Positions 9,241 through 18,215 of a DNA stretch of 64,000 bases are shown here, in pieces (the stretch's first letter is position 1; every line of letters begins with the position of its first letter). Made by a program: the position numbers and the translations under genes. The notes beneath the pieces are model-generated. The model saw only the letters and a list, made by a program, of their open reading frames with translations. It had not been told where the DNA came from and did not search any database. Source of the stretch: Terriglobia bacterium (lineage in GTDB: Bacteria > Acidobacteriota > Polarisedimenticolia > Polarisedimenticolales > JAIQFR01); NCBI GenBank assembly GCA_963748015.1, contig CAVVHE010000008.1:832001-896000 (forward strand), in the 5' to 3' direction.

Positions 9241-10431
9241 CTAGACCGAAAGGTCGCGGAACGATGCGATCCGGCGGATCACCATCTCGATCTCGACGTC
9301 GGGGGTGGACGCTCCCGCGGTGAGACCGATCGTCACCGGTCCCGGGGGCAGCCACCCGTGCGTGACGATCTCCTCGCGCTTTCCGAACGGCTGGTGCCGG
9401 ATCGCGTCCGGGCCGTCGAGGCAGGAGGCGGAGCGGATGTGAAAGGCCGGGACCTTCTCGAGCGCGATCTCGACGAGGTGCGTGGTATTCGAGGAGTTGT
9501 ACCCTCCGATGACCACCACCAGGTCGAGCGGGACCTTGCCCAGCAGCGCGTGCAGCGCGTCCTGGCGTTCCTGGGTCGCGCTGCAGATCGTGTCGAACGA
9601 GCGGAAGCGCTTCGCCGCCTCGTCGGCGCCGAATCGGGCGATCATCGAGGCGCGGACCCGTTCGGCGATGGCGAGCGACTCGGTGGACAGCATCGTGGTC
9701 TGGTTGGCGCACCCGATCCGCTCGAGATCCCGGTCGGGGTCGAACCCCGTGGAGATCGCCCGTCCGAAGCGCTCGAGGAACGTGGCCCGGTTGCCGCGCC
9801 CCTCGATGTAGTCGCAGACCTGCTCGGTTTCCGCGGGATCCCGGACCACGATGCAACGGCCGAGCGGGTGCTTCAAGGCCCGCGACGACGTGGCCCGGGT
9901 CTCCTCGTGATCGTACTTGCCGTGGATCAGCGCGGTGAACCCGTCGCGGGCGTAGTTCTCGACGTTCTTCCAGACGTTCAGCACCGAGCCGCACGTCGTG
10001 TCCACGAGAACCGCGCCGGTCCCGCGGAGCGATTCCATGTCGGGGAGCGGCAATCCGAAGGCGGGGAGGATGACGACGTCGCCGGGTTCGAGGTCCGCGA
10101 TTCGGGCGCCATCGACGCTCCCGTCGAGGAACCGGAATCCCATGTCCCGGAGGCGCTGATTCACTCCGGGATTGTGGATGATCTCGCCGGCGAGAAAGAT
10201 TCGCCGGTCGGGGAACTTCTCTCGCGTCTCGTAAGCGTATTCCACGGCGCGATCGACGCCGTAGCAGAATCCGAACTCCTGCGCGAGACGGAACGAGAGG
10301 TCGCCGGCGTCGAGCCGGAACCCCCCGGACCGCATCCGTTCCACGACGTCGCTGCGGTAGTCGCGGGCGAGCTTCCCCACGATGGCCTGTTTCAGGCCGA
10401 AGCCGCGGTTGACGTACTTGGACTCGCCCAT
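9241..10431 (-). CDS. ispH: 4-hydroxy-3-methylbut-2-enyl diphosphate reductase
   Basis: FGFCYGV, EIIHNP, VDTTCG, HEET, NQTT, DTICSATQERQ, GGYNSSNT, TAGASTP. Confidence 0.95.
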   Translation of the reverse strand: MGESKYVNRGFGLKQAIVGKLARDYRSDVVERMRSGGFRLDAGDLSFRLAQEFGFCYGVDRAVEYAYETREKFPDRRIFLAGEIIHNPGVNQRLRDMGFRFLDGSVDGARIADLEPGDVVILPAFGLPLPDMESLRGTGAVLVDTTCGSVLNVWKNVENYARDGFTALIHGKYDHEETRATSSRALKHPLGRCIVVRDPAETEQVCDYIEGRGNRATFLERFGRAISTGFDPDRDLERIGCANQTTMLSTESLAIAERVRASMIARFGADEAAKRFRSFDTICSATQERQDALHALLGKVPLDLVVVIGGYNSSNTTHLVEIALEKVPAFHIRSASCLDGPDAIRHQPFGKREEIVTHGWLPPGPVTIGLTAGASTPDVEIEMVIRRIASFRDLSV

Positions 10432-10486
10432 GGTCTCCCCGTGCGCTCTGCGCGAGGACTTCATCGCAGGCCCGGGGAAGCGTCCG

Positions 10487-10837
10487 TCAGGGGGCGTGCT
10501 TCTCGGCGTCCGCGACGATGTCCTCGAAGGTGTTGACCTTCTTCTCGCCCGCGCCCTGCTGGGCCTTGGGCGTCGGCGTCGCGGGGGTCTTCGCGGACGC
10601 GCCCTGCGCTGCCGGCGCCGCGGGTGCGGCGGTGGTCCCGGCCTGGGTGGTCTGGGGCTTCTTTTTCTTCTTGGCCTTGGTGTTGGGGTCCTGCGCGTCC
10701 TTCTTCGTGTCGTCGGCGGGGGCCGCCGGTGCGGCGTCGGAGGTCGTGGCGCGCGCGGCGCTCATCGGGGCCAGAACCAAGAAGCCGGCCAGCGCCAGCA
10801 AGAAAACTCGACGGAACTCTCCGAATCGGCAGACCAT
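10487..10837 (-). CDS. Small secreted Ala/Pro/Thr/Lys-rich low-complexity protein
   Basis: Signal-peptide-like N-terminus ending AARA; GAGGAG upstream; fills the gap between same-strand genes. Confidence 0.6.
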   Translation of the reverse strand: MVCRFGEFRRVFLLALAGFLVLAPMSAARATTSDAAPAAPADDTKKDAQDPNTKAKKKKKPQTTQAGTTAAPAAPAAQGASAKTPATPTPKAQQGAGEKKVNTFEDIVADAEKHAP

Positions 10838-10986
10838 GCTTTTCTCCTCGACCCGCCCCGGGGCGGAAGCCTAAACCCCGGAGACCGGGGCGACCCCTTC
10901 GAAAATACGACGGACCCGGCCGCGCGGCAAGTCGCCCCCCGCCGGGCGACCCGTGGCTCGATCCCCGTCCGGAGGGGCGCTCGTTC

Positions 10987-12447
10987 TTAACGGACGAGGG
11001 GAACCCTGATGCGCTGTCCGGGTCGGAGGATGGCCCGCTCGGTGATCTGGTTGATTCCGAGGAGGTCGCTCACGGTGACGCCGTAGCTCGTGGCGATCTT
11101 GAACAGCGTTTCCCCGCGGCGCACCACGTGGACGATCACGCTGAGGGCGGCGTCGGCGGCGCTGGAGGCGGAGGTGCGCGCGGCGGCCGCCGGGGCCGGC
11201 GATTCCGCCGCGGGCCGGGACGCCACCGGGACGGCGGCGGGCTGGACCGAGGGCGGGGCCGCGAGCCGGGCGAGCGTTCCCGCGGGGAGCCACACCGAGG
11301 TGCCGGCGGGGAGCGCCTGACCGCCGCGAACGGCGCGTTGCGTCCATGCCGGGTTCATCGCGGCGAGATCGTCGAGTCGCATGCCGTAGACCCGCGCCAC
11401 CTGGGCCGGCGGCGTCCGCTGCTCGAGAACGAACCGGTCCTGGGAGAGCGGCGGCTCGTACCGGATGCCCTCGGGGAAGAAGCGAACGGGATCCCGCGCG
11501 ATCTCACGCGCGGCCAGGAACTCGGGGTAGAAGTTCCGGGAGGCGAAGCCGAAGGTCTTTCCGTCGTACTCGCGCACGATCCGGCCGAAGTCGGTCCCGT
11601 AACGCCGCTTCGCCCGGGCCATGCCTTCCACGCCGTGGTTGTACGAGGTGATCGCGAGGGGCCAGTCCTGCAGGATCTCGTGGGATTCCTTGAGATATCT
11701 CGCCGCACCGCGGGCGGCGGCGACCGGGTCGAGCCTCTCGTCGATCGCCGAGCCGTAGAGCATGAACTTCCGGGCAGCCGGCCGGGTGAATTGCCAGATC
11801 CCCACGGCGCCTGCGGAAGAGCGGGCGGAGGCCTGGAACGAAGACTCGACGTGCGGCAGGAACGCGAGGTCCTCCGGAAGCCCGAATTCGCGGAAGGCCT
11901 GGCGGAACTCGGTGTCGTAACGGCCGCTGATCTCGAGCCCGCGACGGAAGCGCTCCCGGAGCCCGCGCTGCGAGCGTACCCGCCGGTGGGCGCCCTGGAT
12001 CGAGGCGATCCCCGCGGTCGTCGTGATCTTGAGGGCGAGTTCCTTTTCCGGGTCGCTCAGCTCGGCCCTCGCGGCGATCTTCCGCTCCATCACGGAGAGC
12101 GCGGTCTCGAGGCTCCGCTTCCGGGACCGGACGAGCTCTCGCTGCACCGCGGTGTAGGCCTCTCCCGGCTCCCCGGGCAGCCGCACGATCTCGTAGACGA
12201 GAGAGGGATGGTCCGTGTCGTGCAGCGCGACCTCGCCGAGGCTCCACGTCGCGAAGACGTTCTGCCAGAACTCCACCTGCTCCCGGATCTCCGGAGCCAT
12301 CGGAAAGGTCTCCGGCCGTTCGACGGGGCCGGCGGCCGGGGCCGCCGCCTGCGGGGTGGAGGGCGGCTCCTGGGCCTCGAGCACGGAGAACGCCGCGAGG
12401 AGCACCAGCAACGACAGCCTCGTGACCGTTTTCCCCGCGATGGGCAC
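10987..12447 (-). CDS. Lytic murein transglycosylase (MltD-like) with LysM domain(s)
   Basis: LPHVESSF, GAVGIWQF, AITSYNHG; C-terminal HVVRRGETLFKIATSYGV LysM; GGGAGG RBS before GTG 12447. Confidence 0.9.
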   Translation of the reverse strand: MPIAGKTVTRLSLLVLLAAFSVLEAQEPPSTPQAAAPAAGPVERPETFPMAPEIREQVEFWQNVFATWSLGEVALHDTDHPSLVYEIVRLPGEPGEAYTAVQRELVRSRKRSLETALSVMERKIAARAELSDPEKELALKITTTAGIASIQGAHRRVRSQRGLRERFRRGLEISGRYDTEFRQAFREFGLPEDLAFLPHVESSFQASARSSAGAVGIWQFTRPAARKFMLYGSAIDERLDPVAAARGAARYLKESHEILQDWPLAITSYNHGVEGMARAKRRYGTDFGRIVREYDGKTFGFASRNFYPEFLAAREIARDPVRFFPEGIRYEPPLSQDRFVLEQRTPPAQVARVYGMRLDDLAAMNPAWTQRAVRGGQALPAGTSVWLPAGTLARLAAPPSVQPAAVPVASRPAAESPAPAAAARTSASSAADAALSVIVHVVRRGETLFKIATSYGVTVSDLLGINQITERAILRPGQRIRVPLVR

Positions 12448-12565
12448 CGGATGCCTCCCTGCATCGATCGAGCGCAATCGGAATATAGGCCCGACGCGGA
12501 GCGGCTTCAACGTCCCGGCACCGGAAAACGCAGCGTTCGCCCCGCAGCGGGGCGCGGGACCCGTT

Positions 12566-12574
12566 TGCTATAGT
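12566..12574 (+). promoter_or_regulatory. Putative extended -10 promoter element for the FIST gene
   Basis: TGCTATAGT (TGn-TATAGT) about 25 nt upstream of ATG 12600 in a divergent intergenic region. Confidence 0.4.
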
Positions 12575-12599
12575 ACCCGGCCGTCTCGCGAGGGGAAGC

Positions 12600-13778
12600 A
12601 TGATTCGTGCGGGTGTCGGAATCTCCACGAGGTCCGGGTCCGCAGGGGCCGCCAGGGAGGCGGCGGACGAGGCGATCGCCGGCCTCGGCGGCGAGCGCGC
12701 CGACTGGTGCGTCGCGTTCGCCACCATGCACCACGCCCTCGCGATCGACGAGGCCCTCGACGCGCTGAGCGCGGCGTCCGGAACGCCCTACATCGCCGGC
12801 TGTTCGGGTGCGGGCGTCCTGGCCGGCGGTCGGGAGATCGAAGGCGGGGCAGCGCTCGGCGTCCTCGCCGTGACGTCGGACCGGCTGCGCGCGACACCGT
12901 TCCTGTTTCCCGACGAGGGAGATCACGGCCTCACCGCCGGCAAGAGGCTCGGCGAGCGGCTCGTCGCCTCTCGCGGGACCGACGACCTGGTCCTCGCCTG
13001 GCCCGACGCGCTTCACGTCCGACCCGACCGCCTTCTGAGAGGATTCGACACCATCCTCAAGGGCGTTCCCGTGGTGGGGGGCGCGGCGGCGGGAGGCGGG
13101 CCGCAAGACAAGACCCTCCAGTTCTGCGGGGGCGAGGCGACCAGCGGCGCCGTCTCCGGCGTGCGGCTCGGCGGAGAGTTCCGGCATCACGTCGCCGTGA
13201 CCCAGGGGTGCCGGCCGCTGGGCGGACCGCTCGAGGTCACGGATGCCCACGAGAATCTCATCCTGGAGATCGACGGCCGTCCGGCGATGCAGGTGCTGCG
13301 CGAGGTCGCTCCCGAGGGAATCCTCGAGCGGCAGGAGTCCGCTTTCAACTACCTGTTCGTCGGCCTGGTGCCCGATCCGGCGGAGGAAGGGGTGCGATCG
13401 GGGGAGTACCTGATCCGCAACATCCTCGCGGCGGACGATGACACCGGCGTGATCGGCATCTCGGAGGAAGTGGAGGAGGGGCAGCGCCTCGTTTTCGCCC
13501 TCAGGGAAGGGGTCGCCGCGCGCCGGGACCTCGAGCGCGTGCTGGACGGCCTCGTCGCCGAAGCGGATCCGGACCGCTTCCGCTTCGGGCTGTACTTCAA
13601 CTGTCTCTCCCGGGGTAGGTCGCTTTACCGCGAGGACGGGATCGACACCGCCCTCCTCGCGCGCGCGCTCCCCGGCGTCCCGCTCCTCGGGTTCTTCTGC
13701 AACGCGGAGATCGCGCCGCTTCGCGGCGTGAACCACCTCTTCACGTACACCGGGGTGCTCGTCCTGGTCGGGGAATAG
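12600..13778 (+). CDS. FIST N/C sensory domain protein
   Basis: IAGCSGAGV, VPVVGGAA, VTQGCRPLG, EIDGRPA, YFNCLSRG, GFFCNAEIAP. Confidence 0.9.
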   Translation: MIRAGVGISTRSGSAGAAREAADEAIAGLGGERADWCVAFATMHHALAIDEALDALSAASGTPYIAGCSGAGVLAGGREIEGGAALGVLAVTSDRLRATPFLFPDEGDHGLTAGKRLGERLVASRGTDDLVLAWPDALHVRPDRLLRGFDTILKGVPVVGGAAAGGGPQDKTLQFCGGEATSGAVSGVRLGGEFRHHVAVTQGCRPLGGPLEVTDAHENLILEIDGRPAMQVLREVAPEGILERQESAFNYLFVGLVPDPAEEGVRSGEYLIRNILAADDDTGVIGISEEVEEGQRLVFALREGVAARRDLERVLDGLVAEADPDRFRFGLYFNCLSRGRSLYREDGIDTALLARALPGVPLLGFFCNAEIAPLRGVNHLFTYTGVLVLVGE

Positions 13779-13780
13779 CC

Positions 13781-14698
13781 TCAGGCTCCTCGGCGCAGGG
13801 CCGAGAGGAGCCGCCGGAACTCGGGCGGAGGGGGCGCCTCGAACTCCAGCCGCCGTCCGCTCGTCGGGTGGTCGAACGCCAGCCGGTAGGCGTGAAGGGC
13901 GGTTCGCTCGATCAGCGGCGACGGCCGCCCGTAGGCGACGTCCCCCACCAGCGGATGTCCCTCGGCGGCGAGCTGCACCCGGATCTGGTTCTTCCGGCCG
14001 GTGTCGAGCGTGACCTCCAGCAAGGTCGCGGTCCGGAAGCGCTCCTTCACGCGGTAGCTCGAGACGGCTTTTCTTCCCGGACGGTCGTTCTCGACGGGAT
14101 GCACCTTGAGGCTCACCGGGTGCTCGGCCAGCCGGTGGACGAGCCGTCCCTGGTCCCGCTCGACGCGCCCCTCGGCGATCGCCAGGTAGACCCGGCCGGG
14201 CCGTCCCGACGCGAACTGGGCGCGAAGGACGCCGAATGCCGGACCGGTTCTCGCCGCGACCACGAGACCCGACGTGAAGCGGTCGATCCGGTGGACGGCG
14301 CGCATCGTCGGGACGCGAAAGCCCCGCTTGCGGTAGAGGTCGGTGAGGATCTCGACCAGGGACTCTCCCCGGTGGGACGGCGAGGGGACCGTGATCAGCC
14401 CTGCGTCCTTGTCCACGACGACGAAGTCGCGCTCCTCGTGGACGATCCGGTAGCCGCGGCCGCGATGCGTCCGCCGCGGGGCGGCCCGGCCGGTCCCCGG
14501 CGCCGAGACGATCTCGATCCGGTCCCCGGCGGCGACGCGTTCGCCGGGACTCGTCACCGTGCCCCCGTTTCGGAGGACGCCGCCGGACAGGAGGAGCCCC
14601 TTCGCCTTCGAGTGCGGCACGGCGAGCCGGTCGTGGAGCAACTGCTGCACGCTCTTCCCCGCGTCGTCCGGCCCGGCGATCAGCGTCTCTCGCTCCAT
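13781..14698 (-). CDS. RluA/RluD-family pseudouridine synthase with an S4 domain
   Basis: VHRIDRFTSG (catalytic Asp), TGRKNQIRVQL, HPLVGDVAYG, LHAYRLAFDHP. Confidence 0.93.
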   Translation of the reverse strand: MERETLIAGPDDAGKSVQQLLHDRLAVPHSKAKGLLLSGGVLRNGGTVTSPGERVAAGDRIEIVSAPGTGRAAPRRTHRGRGYRIVHEERDFVVVDKDAGLITVPSPSHRGESLVEILTDLYRKRGFRVPTMRAVHRIDRFTSGLVVAARTGPAFGVLRAQFASGRPGRVYLAIAEGRVERDQGRLVHRLAEHPVSLKVHPVENDRPGRKAVSSYRVKERFRTATLLEVTLDTGRKNQIRVQLAAEGHPLVGDVAYGRPSPLIERTALHAYRLAFDHPTSGRRLEFEAPPPPEFRRLLSALRRGA

Positions 14699-14699
14699 G

Positions 14700-15287
14700 T
14701 CAGGGCTCGACCGCGAACAATCCGGCTCGACCGAGCCGGATGGCGTCCTCGTCGCGGAGACGGCGCCGCACCGCGAGGACGCCCTCGAGATCCCCCTCGA
14801 TCGTTCCTTCGCCGCGGATCTCGTATTCGTGGGCAGGAGCGTAGGCCTCGACGCCGAGCGCCCCCGGGTCGATCCGCTCCTCGAAGGGCCGGTCTCGCAG
14901 GAGCCGGACTCCCTCGGGGAGGCCGTCGAGCAGCGAGAGCAGCCTTCGGCCGTGCTCCCGCGAGAAGGCGGAAAAGGAGAACTCGAGGGTCGCGCGCGCG
15001 ATCTCGCGGGTCTCGACCACGGCGGCCGGAATCCCGCGGGCCTCGGCGGCCCGGGCCGCCTCGCGAACCGCTTCGACGGCGGGCGCCGGCACGAGGAGGT
15101 GCATCACCCTCGCGCTCGGGTGAAGGACGCCGCTCAGCCGTTCCCGGAGCGTCTCGCGCTCGAACCCCTCCTCCTCGGCGTCGAGAACCGCGTCGCGTAC
15201 GCCGCTACCCGCGAGGTACCCCTCCACGAAGCCCCGCGCCCTGCGGCGAGAACCCCTCAGCACTACCTCGACCCATGCCGTGCCCAT
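14700..15287 (-). CDS. Hypothetical protein
   Basis: 195-aa ORF tightly packed between the antiporter and RluA genes; GGGAG RBS. Confidence 0.6.
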   Translation of the reverse strand: MGTAWVEVVLRGSRRRARGFVEGYLAGSGVRDAVLDAEEEGFERETLRERLSGVLHPSARVMHLLVPAPAVEAVREAARAAEARGIPAAVVETREIARATLEFSFSAFSREHGRRLLSLLDGLPEGVRLLRDRPFEERIDPGALGVEAYAPAHEYEIRGEGTIEGDLEGVLAVRRRLRDEDAIRLGRAGLFAVEP

Positions 15288-15297
15288 GGCGCTCCCT

Positions 15298-16719
15298 TCA
15301 GTGGAAGATCCACCCCACGAGGAGGAACAGAGGGATCAAGATCGGTATGGACCAACGGAACATGTAGCCGAGGAAAGTCGGCATGGCGATCCCGGCCTCC
15401 TCGGCGATCGCCTTGATCATGAGATTGGGAGCGTTTCCGATGTAGGTGTTCGCTCCCATGAAAACGGCGCCGGCGGAGATCGCGCGCAGCACCGCCGGAT
15501 GCTCCGCGAGGAGGCGAGGAACCGATGCGGTCTCGGGAAGGCCGGGGTAGATCCGGCCGAGGGCGAGCGTGAAGAAGCTCAGGTAGGTCGGAGCGTTGTC
15601 CAGGAACGACGACAGCCCACCGACCGCCCAGAAGTACTTCACCGGCGTGTCCACTGCGCGGAGGAGGAAGGCCAGGGGGCCGTGATCTCCCGCCCTGAGG
15701 ATCGCGAGAGCGGGGATCATGGTCGCGAAGATCGCCGCGAAAAGGATCGCGACCTCGCGGATCGGCTCCCACGAGAAGCTGTTCTCCTCCCGGAGCGAGC
15801 GCGGCGTGGTCGCCAGGGAGAGCACGCCCATCAGCACGATGCCCGCCTCGCGCAGGAGATCGCCAGGGGAGAGCGGCACTCCCAGAAGCTCGACACCGCC
15901 GGTCCGGAGGAAGCTCGAGACGATGACGGCTCCGAAGATCCCCGCGAGGAACGCGAGATTGTGGGCGCCCGCGATGCGGAGCTTGCCCCATGCGGCCCGC
16001 GCGGGCGGCGGAGCGCCGGGCGCGGCTTCCTTGCGGCAGTAGTGGCGGTCCACGACGAAGAACACCGCGAGCAACGTGGCGGTCACGAAGGCCAGCTCGG
16101 GCAGCAGTCGGAACGTCCACGAGAACGGTACGCCGTGGAGGAAACCGAGGAGCAGCGGAGGGTCTCCGAGGGGGGTCAGGCAGCCGCCGGCGTTCCCCAC
16201 GAGGAAGATGAAGAAGATGACGACGTGCGCGACGTGCCGGCGCCCTGCGTTGACCCGCAGGACGGGACGGATCAGCAGCATCGCGGCGCCGGTGGTCCCG
16301 ATCCACGACGCCGAGAGCGTTCCCGCCAGCAGCATCAGCACGTTCGTCGCCGGGGTCGCGGCCAGGCTCCCGCTGCGCAGGACGATTCCTCCCGAGACGG
16401 TGAACAGCCCCCAGAGAAGCGTGACGAACGGAACGTAGTCCTTGAGCGTCATCCCGAGAAGCTCGTGCCAGGCGATCGCCCGATACGTGGCCAGGAACGG
16501 GATCGCGACGACGAGGCCCCAGGCCAGCGAGATTTTCGGATAGTGGCGGTGCCAGAAGTGGGGGGCTAGAAGAGGGAACAAGGCGATCGACAGCAGCATG
16601 CCCGCGAAAGGGAGGACGCTCCACCCGGGGAGGATCATCCCGAGCGCCGCGCCGGCTTGCTCGATCCCGGCGGCGTCGGCTCCCGGAACGGCCCCGAGGA
16701 TGACCCAGCTCAAATCCAC
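15298..16719 (-). CDS. Putative Na+/H+ antiporter (IT superfamily)
   Basis: Many TM segments; IGTTGAAMLLIRP, LTPLGDPPL, SSFLDNAPTY, MGANTYIGNAPN. Confidence 0.88.
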   Translation of the reverse strand: MDLSWVILGAVPGADAAGIEQAGAALGMILPGWSVLPFAGMLLSIALFPLLAPHFWHRHYPKISLAWGLVVAIPFLATYRAIAWHELLGMTLKDYVPFVTLLWGLFTVSGGIVLRSGSLAATPATNVLMLLAGTLSASWIGTTGAAMLLIRPVLRVNAGRRHVAHVVIFFIFLVGNAGGCLTPLGDPPLLLGFLHGVPFSWTFRLLPELAFVTATLLAVFFVVDRHYCRKEAAPGAPPPARAAWGKLRIAGAHNLAFLAGIFGAVIVSSFLRTGGVELLGVPLSPGDLLREAGIVLMGVLSLATTPRSLREENSFSWEPIREVAILFAAIFATMIPALAILRAGDHGPLAFLLRAVDTPVKYFWAVGGLSSFLDNAPTYLSFFTLALGRIYPGLPETASVPRLLAEHPAVLRAISAGAVFMGANTYIGNAPNLMIKAIAEEAGIAMPTFLGYMFRWSIPILIPLFLLVGWIFH

Positions 16720-16998
16720 CTCGCTCGAGTCGGAGCGGCTACCCCCTGCGGCCGCCGCGGAGGACTCAGGTTCATCGGCATTCTATAGAACCAAGGACGC
16801 TTCGGCGGCGGCCGGGGCCTCGAGAGAGCGCCATTGCGTGTCGAATTCGTAATTCGCTCGGCACCGGTCACCGAGGCTGACGCCTTTTGTCCTTGCCCTC
16901 GGGGAGAGTCTCCGGTACATTGGTAGCTGAACGGGATCTAATAGCCACCGATCGGTTGCGCAAGCAGTTCCAGGGCTGAACGCGCCGGCGAGGTTCAA

Positions 16999-17178
16999 AT
17001 GAAGACGCTTCGGGCCTACGAGCCGCCGAAAATAACGAGCCTGACCTCGGAGGAGATCCTCGATCTCATGGGTCCCGCGCAGGCCATGGGGAGCGAGGAG
17101 TTCATCCCCGGCATGGATCAGAGCGGCGGCGGCGACATGGCCGGTGGCGGCTCGCGTCGGAGAGTGGGCTCGTCGTAG
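16999..17178 (+). CDS. Small ORF (59 aa), putative RiPP precursor peptide
   Basis: Translated by hand: MKTLRAYEPPKITSLTSEEILDLMGPAQAMGSEEFIPGMDQSGGGDMAGGGSRRRVGSS*; GAGG upstream; mostly G/C at third positions; YxxPxI leader motif. Confidence 0.6.
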   Translation: MKTLRAYEPPKITSLTSEEILDLMGPAQAMGSEEFIPGMDQSGGGDMAGGGSRRRVGSS

Positions 17179-18215
17179 TCGCGCCGTCGCGATCCGGCGA
17201 CCATCGCTACCGATCCTCCCAGAAAACTGACCCCATAGAACGTTCCGCGGTGGAGGAGTGTCGCCGCCGCCGCGGCCTCGGCAGGAATCCCTAGCTTCGC
17301 GTACAGCCCGATCAGCGCCACCTCCGTCGCGCCGATGCCTCCGACCGCCCCGGTCATCGTTCCGACGAACGAGGCGAGCAAGAGGACGGCCGCGACCTCG
17401 AAGAGGGGCGCGCTGACGCCGAGCGCGCGGAACACCATCGCGTTGGCGAGGCAAAGCGCGAAGCGGGATGCCGCGGCGAGCGCGATGTCCCCGGCGGCGC
17501 CGCCCCAGGCGGAGCCGGTGCGGAGGAGCGGCGCCGTCATCGGCTCTAGCCATTCGGCCGACGCTCCGTCCGGGCCAACCTGGCGGAACTTGGCGGGCGT
17601 GATCCGGGCGACCGCTCTCGCCACGCCGGGCCGGAGGATTCCCTTCGAGATTCTGTCCCGAAGCAGGAGAAACAGCACCGCGAGCAACAACGCGGCGGTA
17701 CCCGAGAGAAGAACCGCCCGGTTGCCGGCCGAGGCCGGCATCTCGAGCGAGATCGCCACGGCGAGTAGCCCGCCGAGGGCGAGGCTACCGAGGAAATTCG
17801 TGACCTGGTCCGCCAGCGACCAGCCGTAGGCGGACGCCATTCGCCAGCCGGTGCTGCGCTGGACGATCACGGCCCGGAGCACCCCCCCCGCCAGGTTCGC
17901 CGAAGGGGTCACGAGGTTCACGAACGTGCCGGAAAGAACCGCGCGCAGGGTGGTGCCGAATCCGATCTCCCCGGCGCGACGCATCATCCGCCACCACTTC
18001 GCCGCCCAGATCAGGTACCTCACCCCGATCGCCGCCAGCGAGAGGGTTAGCCATGTGGGGTCGGCAGCGAGAGCCACGTCGAGAACCCGCCGCGGTCCGA
18101 TGGAGTGGACGCTCCACCCGACCAAGAGCACGCAGGCAGCGAGCATGAGAACCCGCAGCGCGAGCGCCGGCACGCGGCCTCGCGGGAGTCCCGGAAGCGG
18201 CAAGCCGCCGGTCAC
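17118..18215 (-). CDS. Lysylphosphatidylglycerol-synthase TM / flippase-like membrane protein
   Basis: GTFVNLVTPSANLAGGVLR, GGIGATEVALIGLY, LLHRGTFY; GTG start overlaps the CLC stop (GTGA). Confidence 0.8.
   Translation of the reverse strand: MTGGLPLPGLPRGRVPALALRVLMLAACVLLVGWSVHSIGPRRVLDVALAADPTWLTLSLAAIGVRYLIWAAKWWRMMRRAGEIGFGTTLRAVLSGTFVNLVTPSANLAGGVLRAVIVQRSTGWRMASAYGWSLADQVTNFLGSLALGGLLAVAISLEMPASAGNRAVLLSGTAALLLAVLFLLLRDRISKGILRPGVARAVARITPAKFRQVGPDGASAEWLEPMTAPLLRTGSAWGGAAGDIALAAASRFALCLANAMVFRALGVSAPLFEVAAVLLLASFVGTMTGAVGGIGATEVALIGLYAKLGIPAEAAAAATLLHRGTFYGVSFLGGSVAMVAGSRRRDYDEPTLRREPPPAMSPPPL

Noticed and set aside
3067..9994. 1034-aa and 1265-aa ORFs as single proteins
   Set aside because: Their N-terminal extensions overlap real genes in other frames; the plausible starts are about 4627 and 8257.
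16921..16965. Sigma-54 promoter upstream of the peptide ORF
   Set aside because: TTGC is present but there is no GG at the required spacing.
16999..17178. Canonical lasso peptide call
   Set aside because: No Thr at -2 of a plausible core, and no lasso cyclase or B1/B2 genes in the window.
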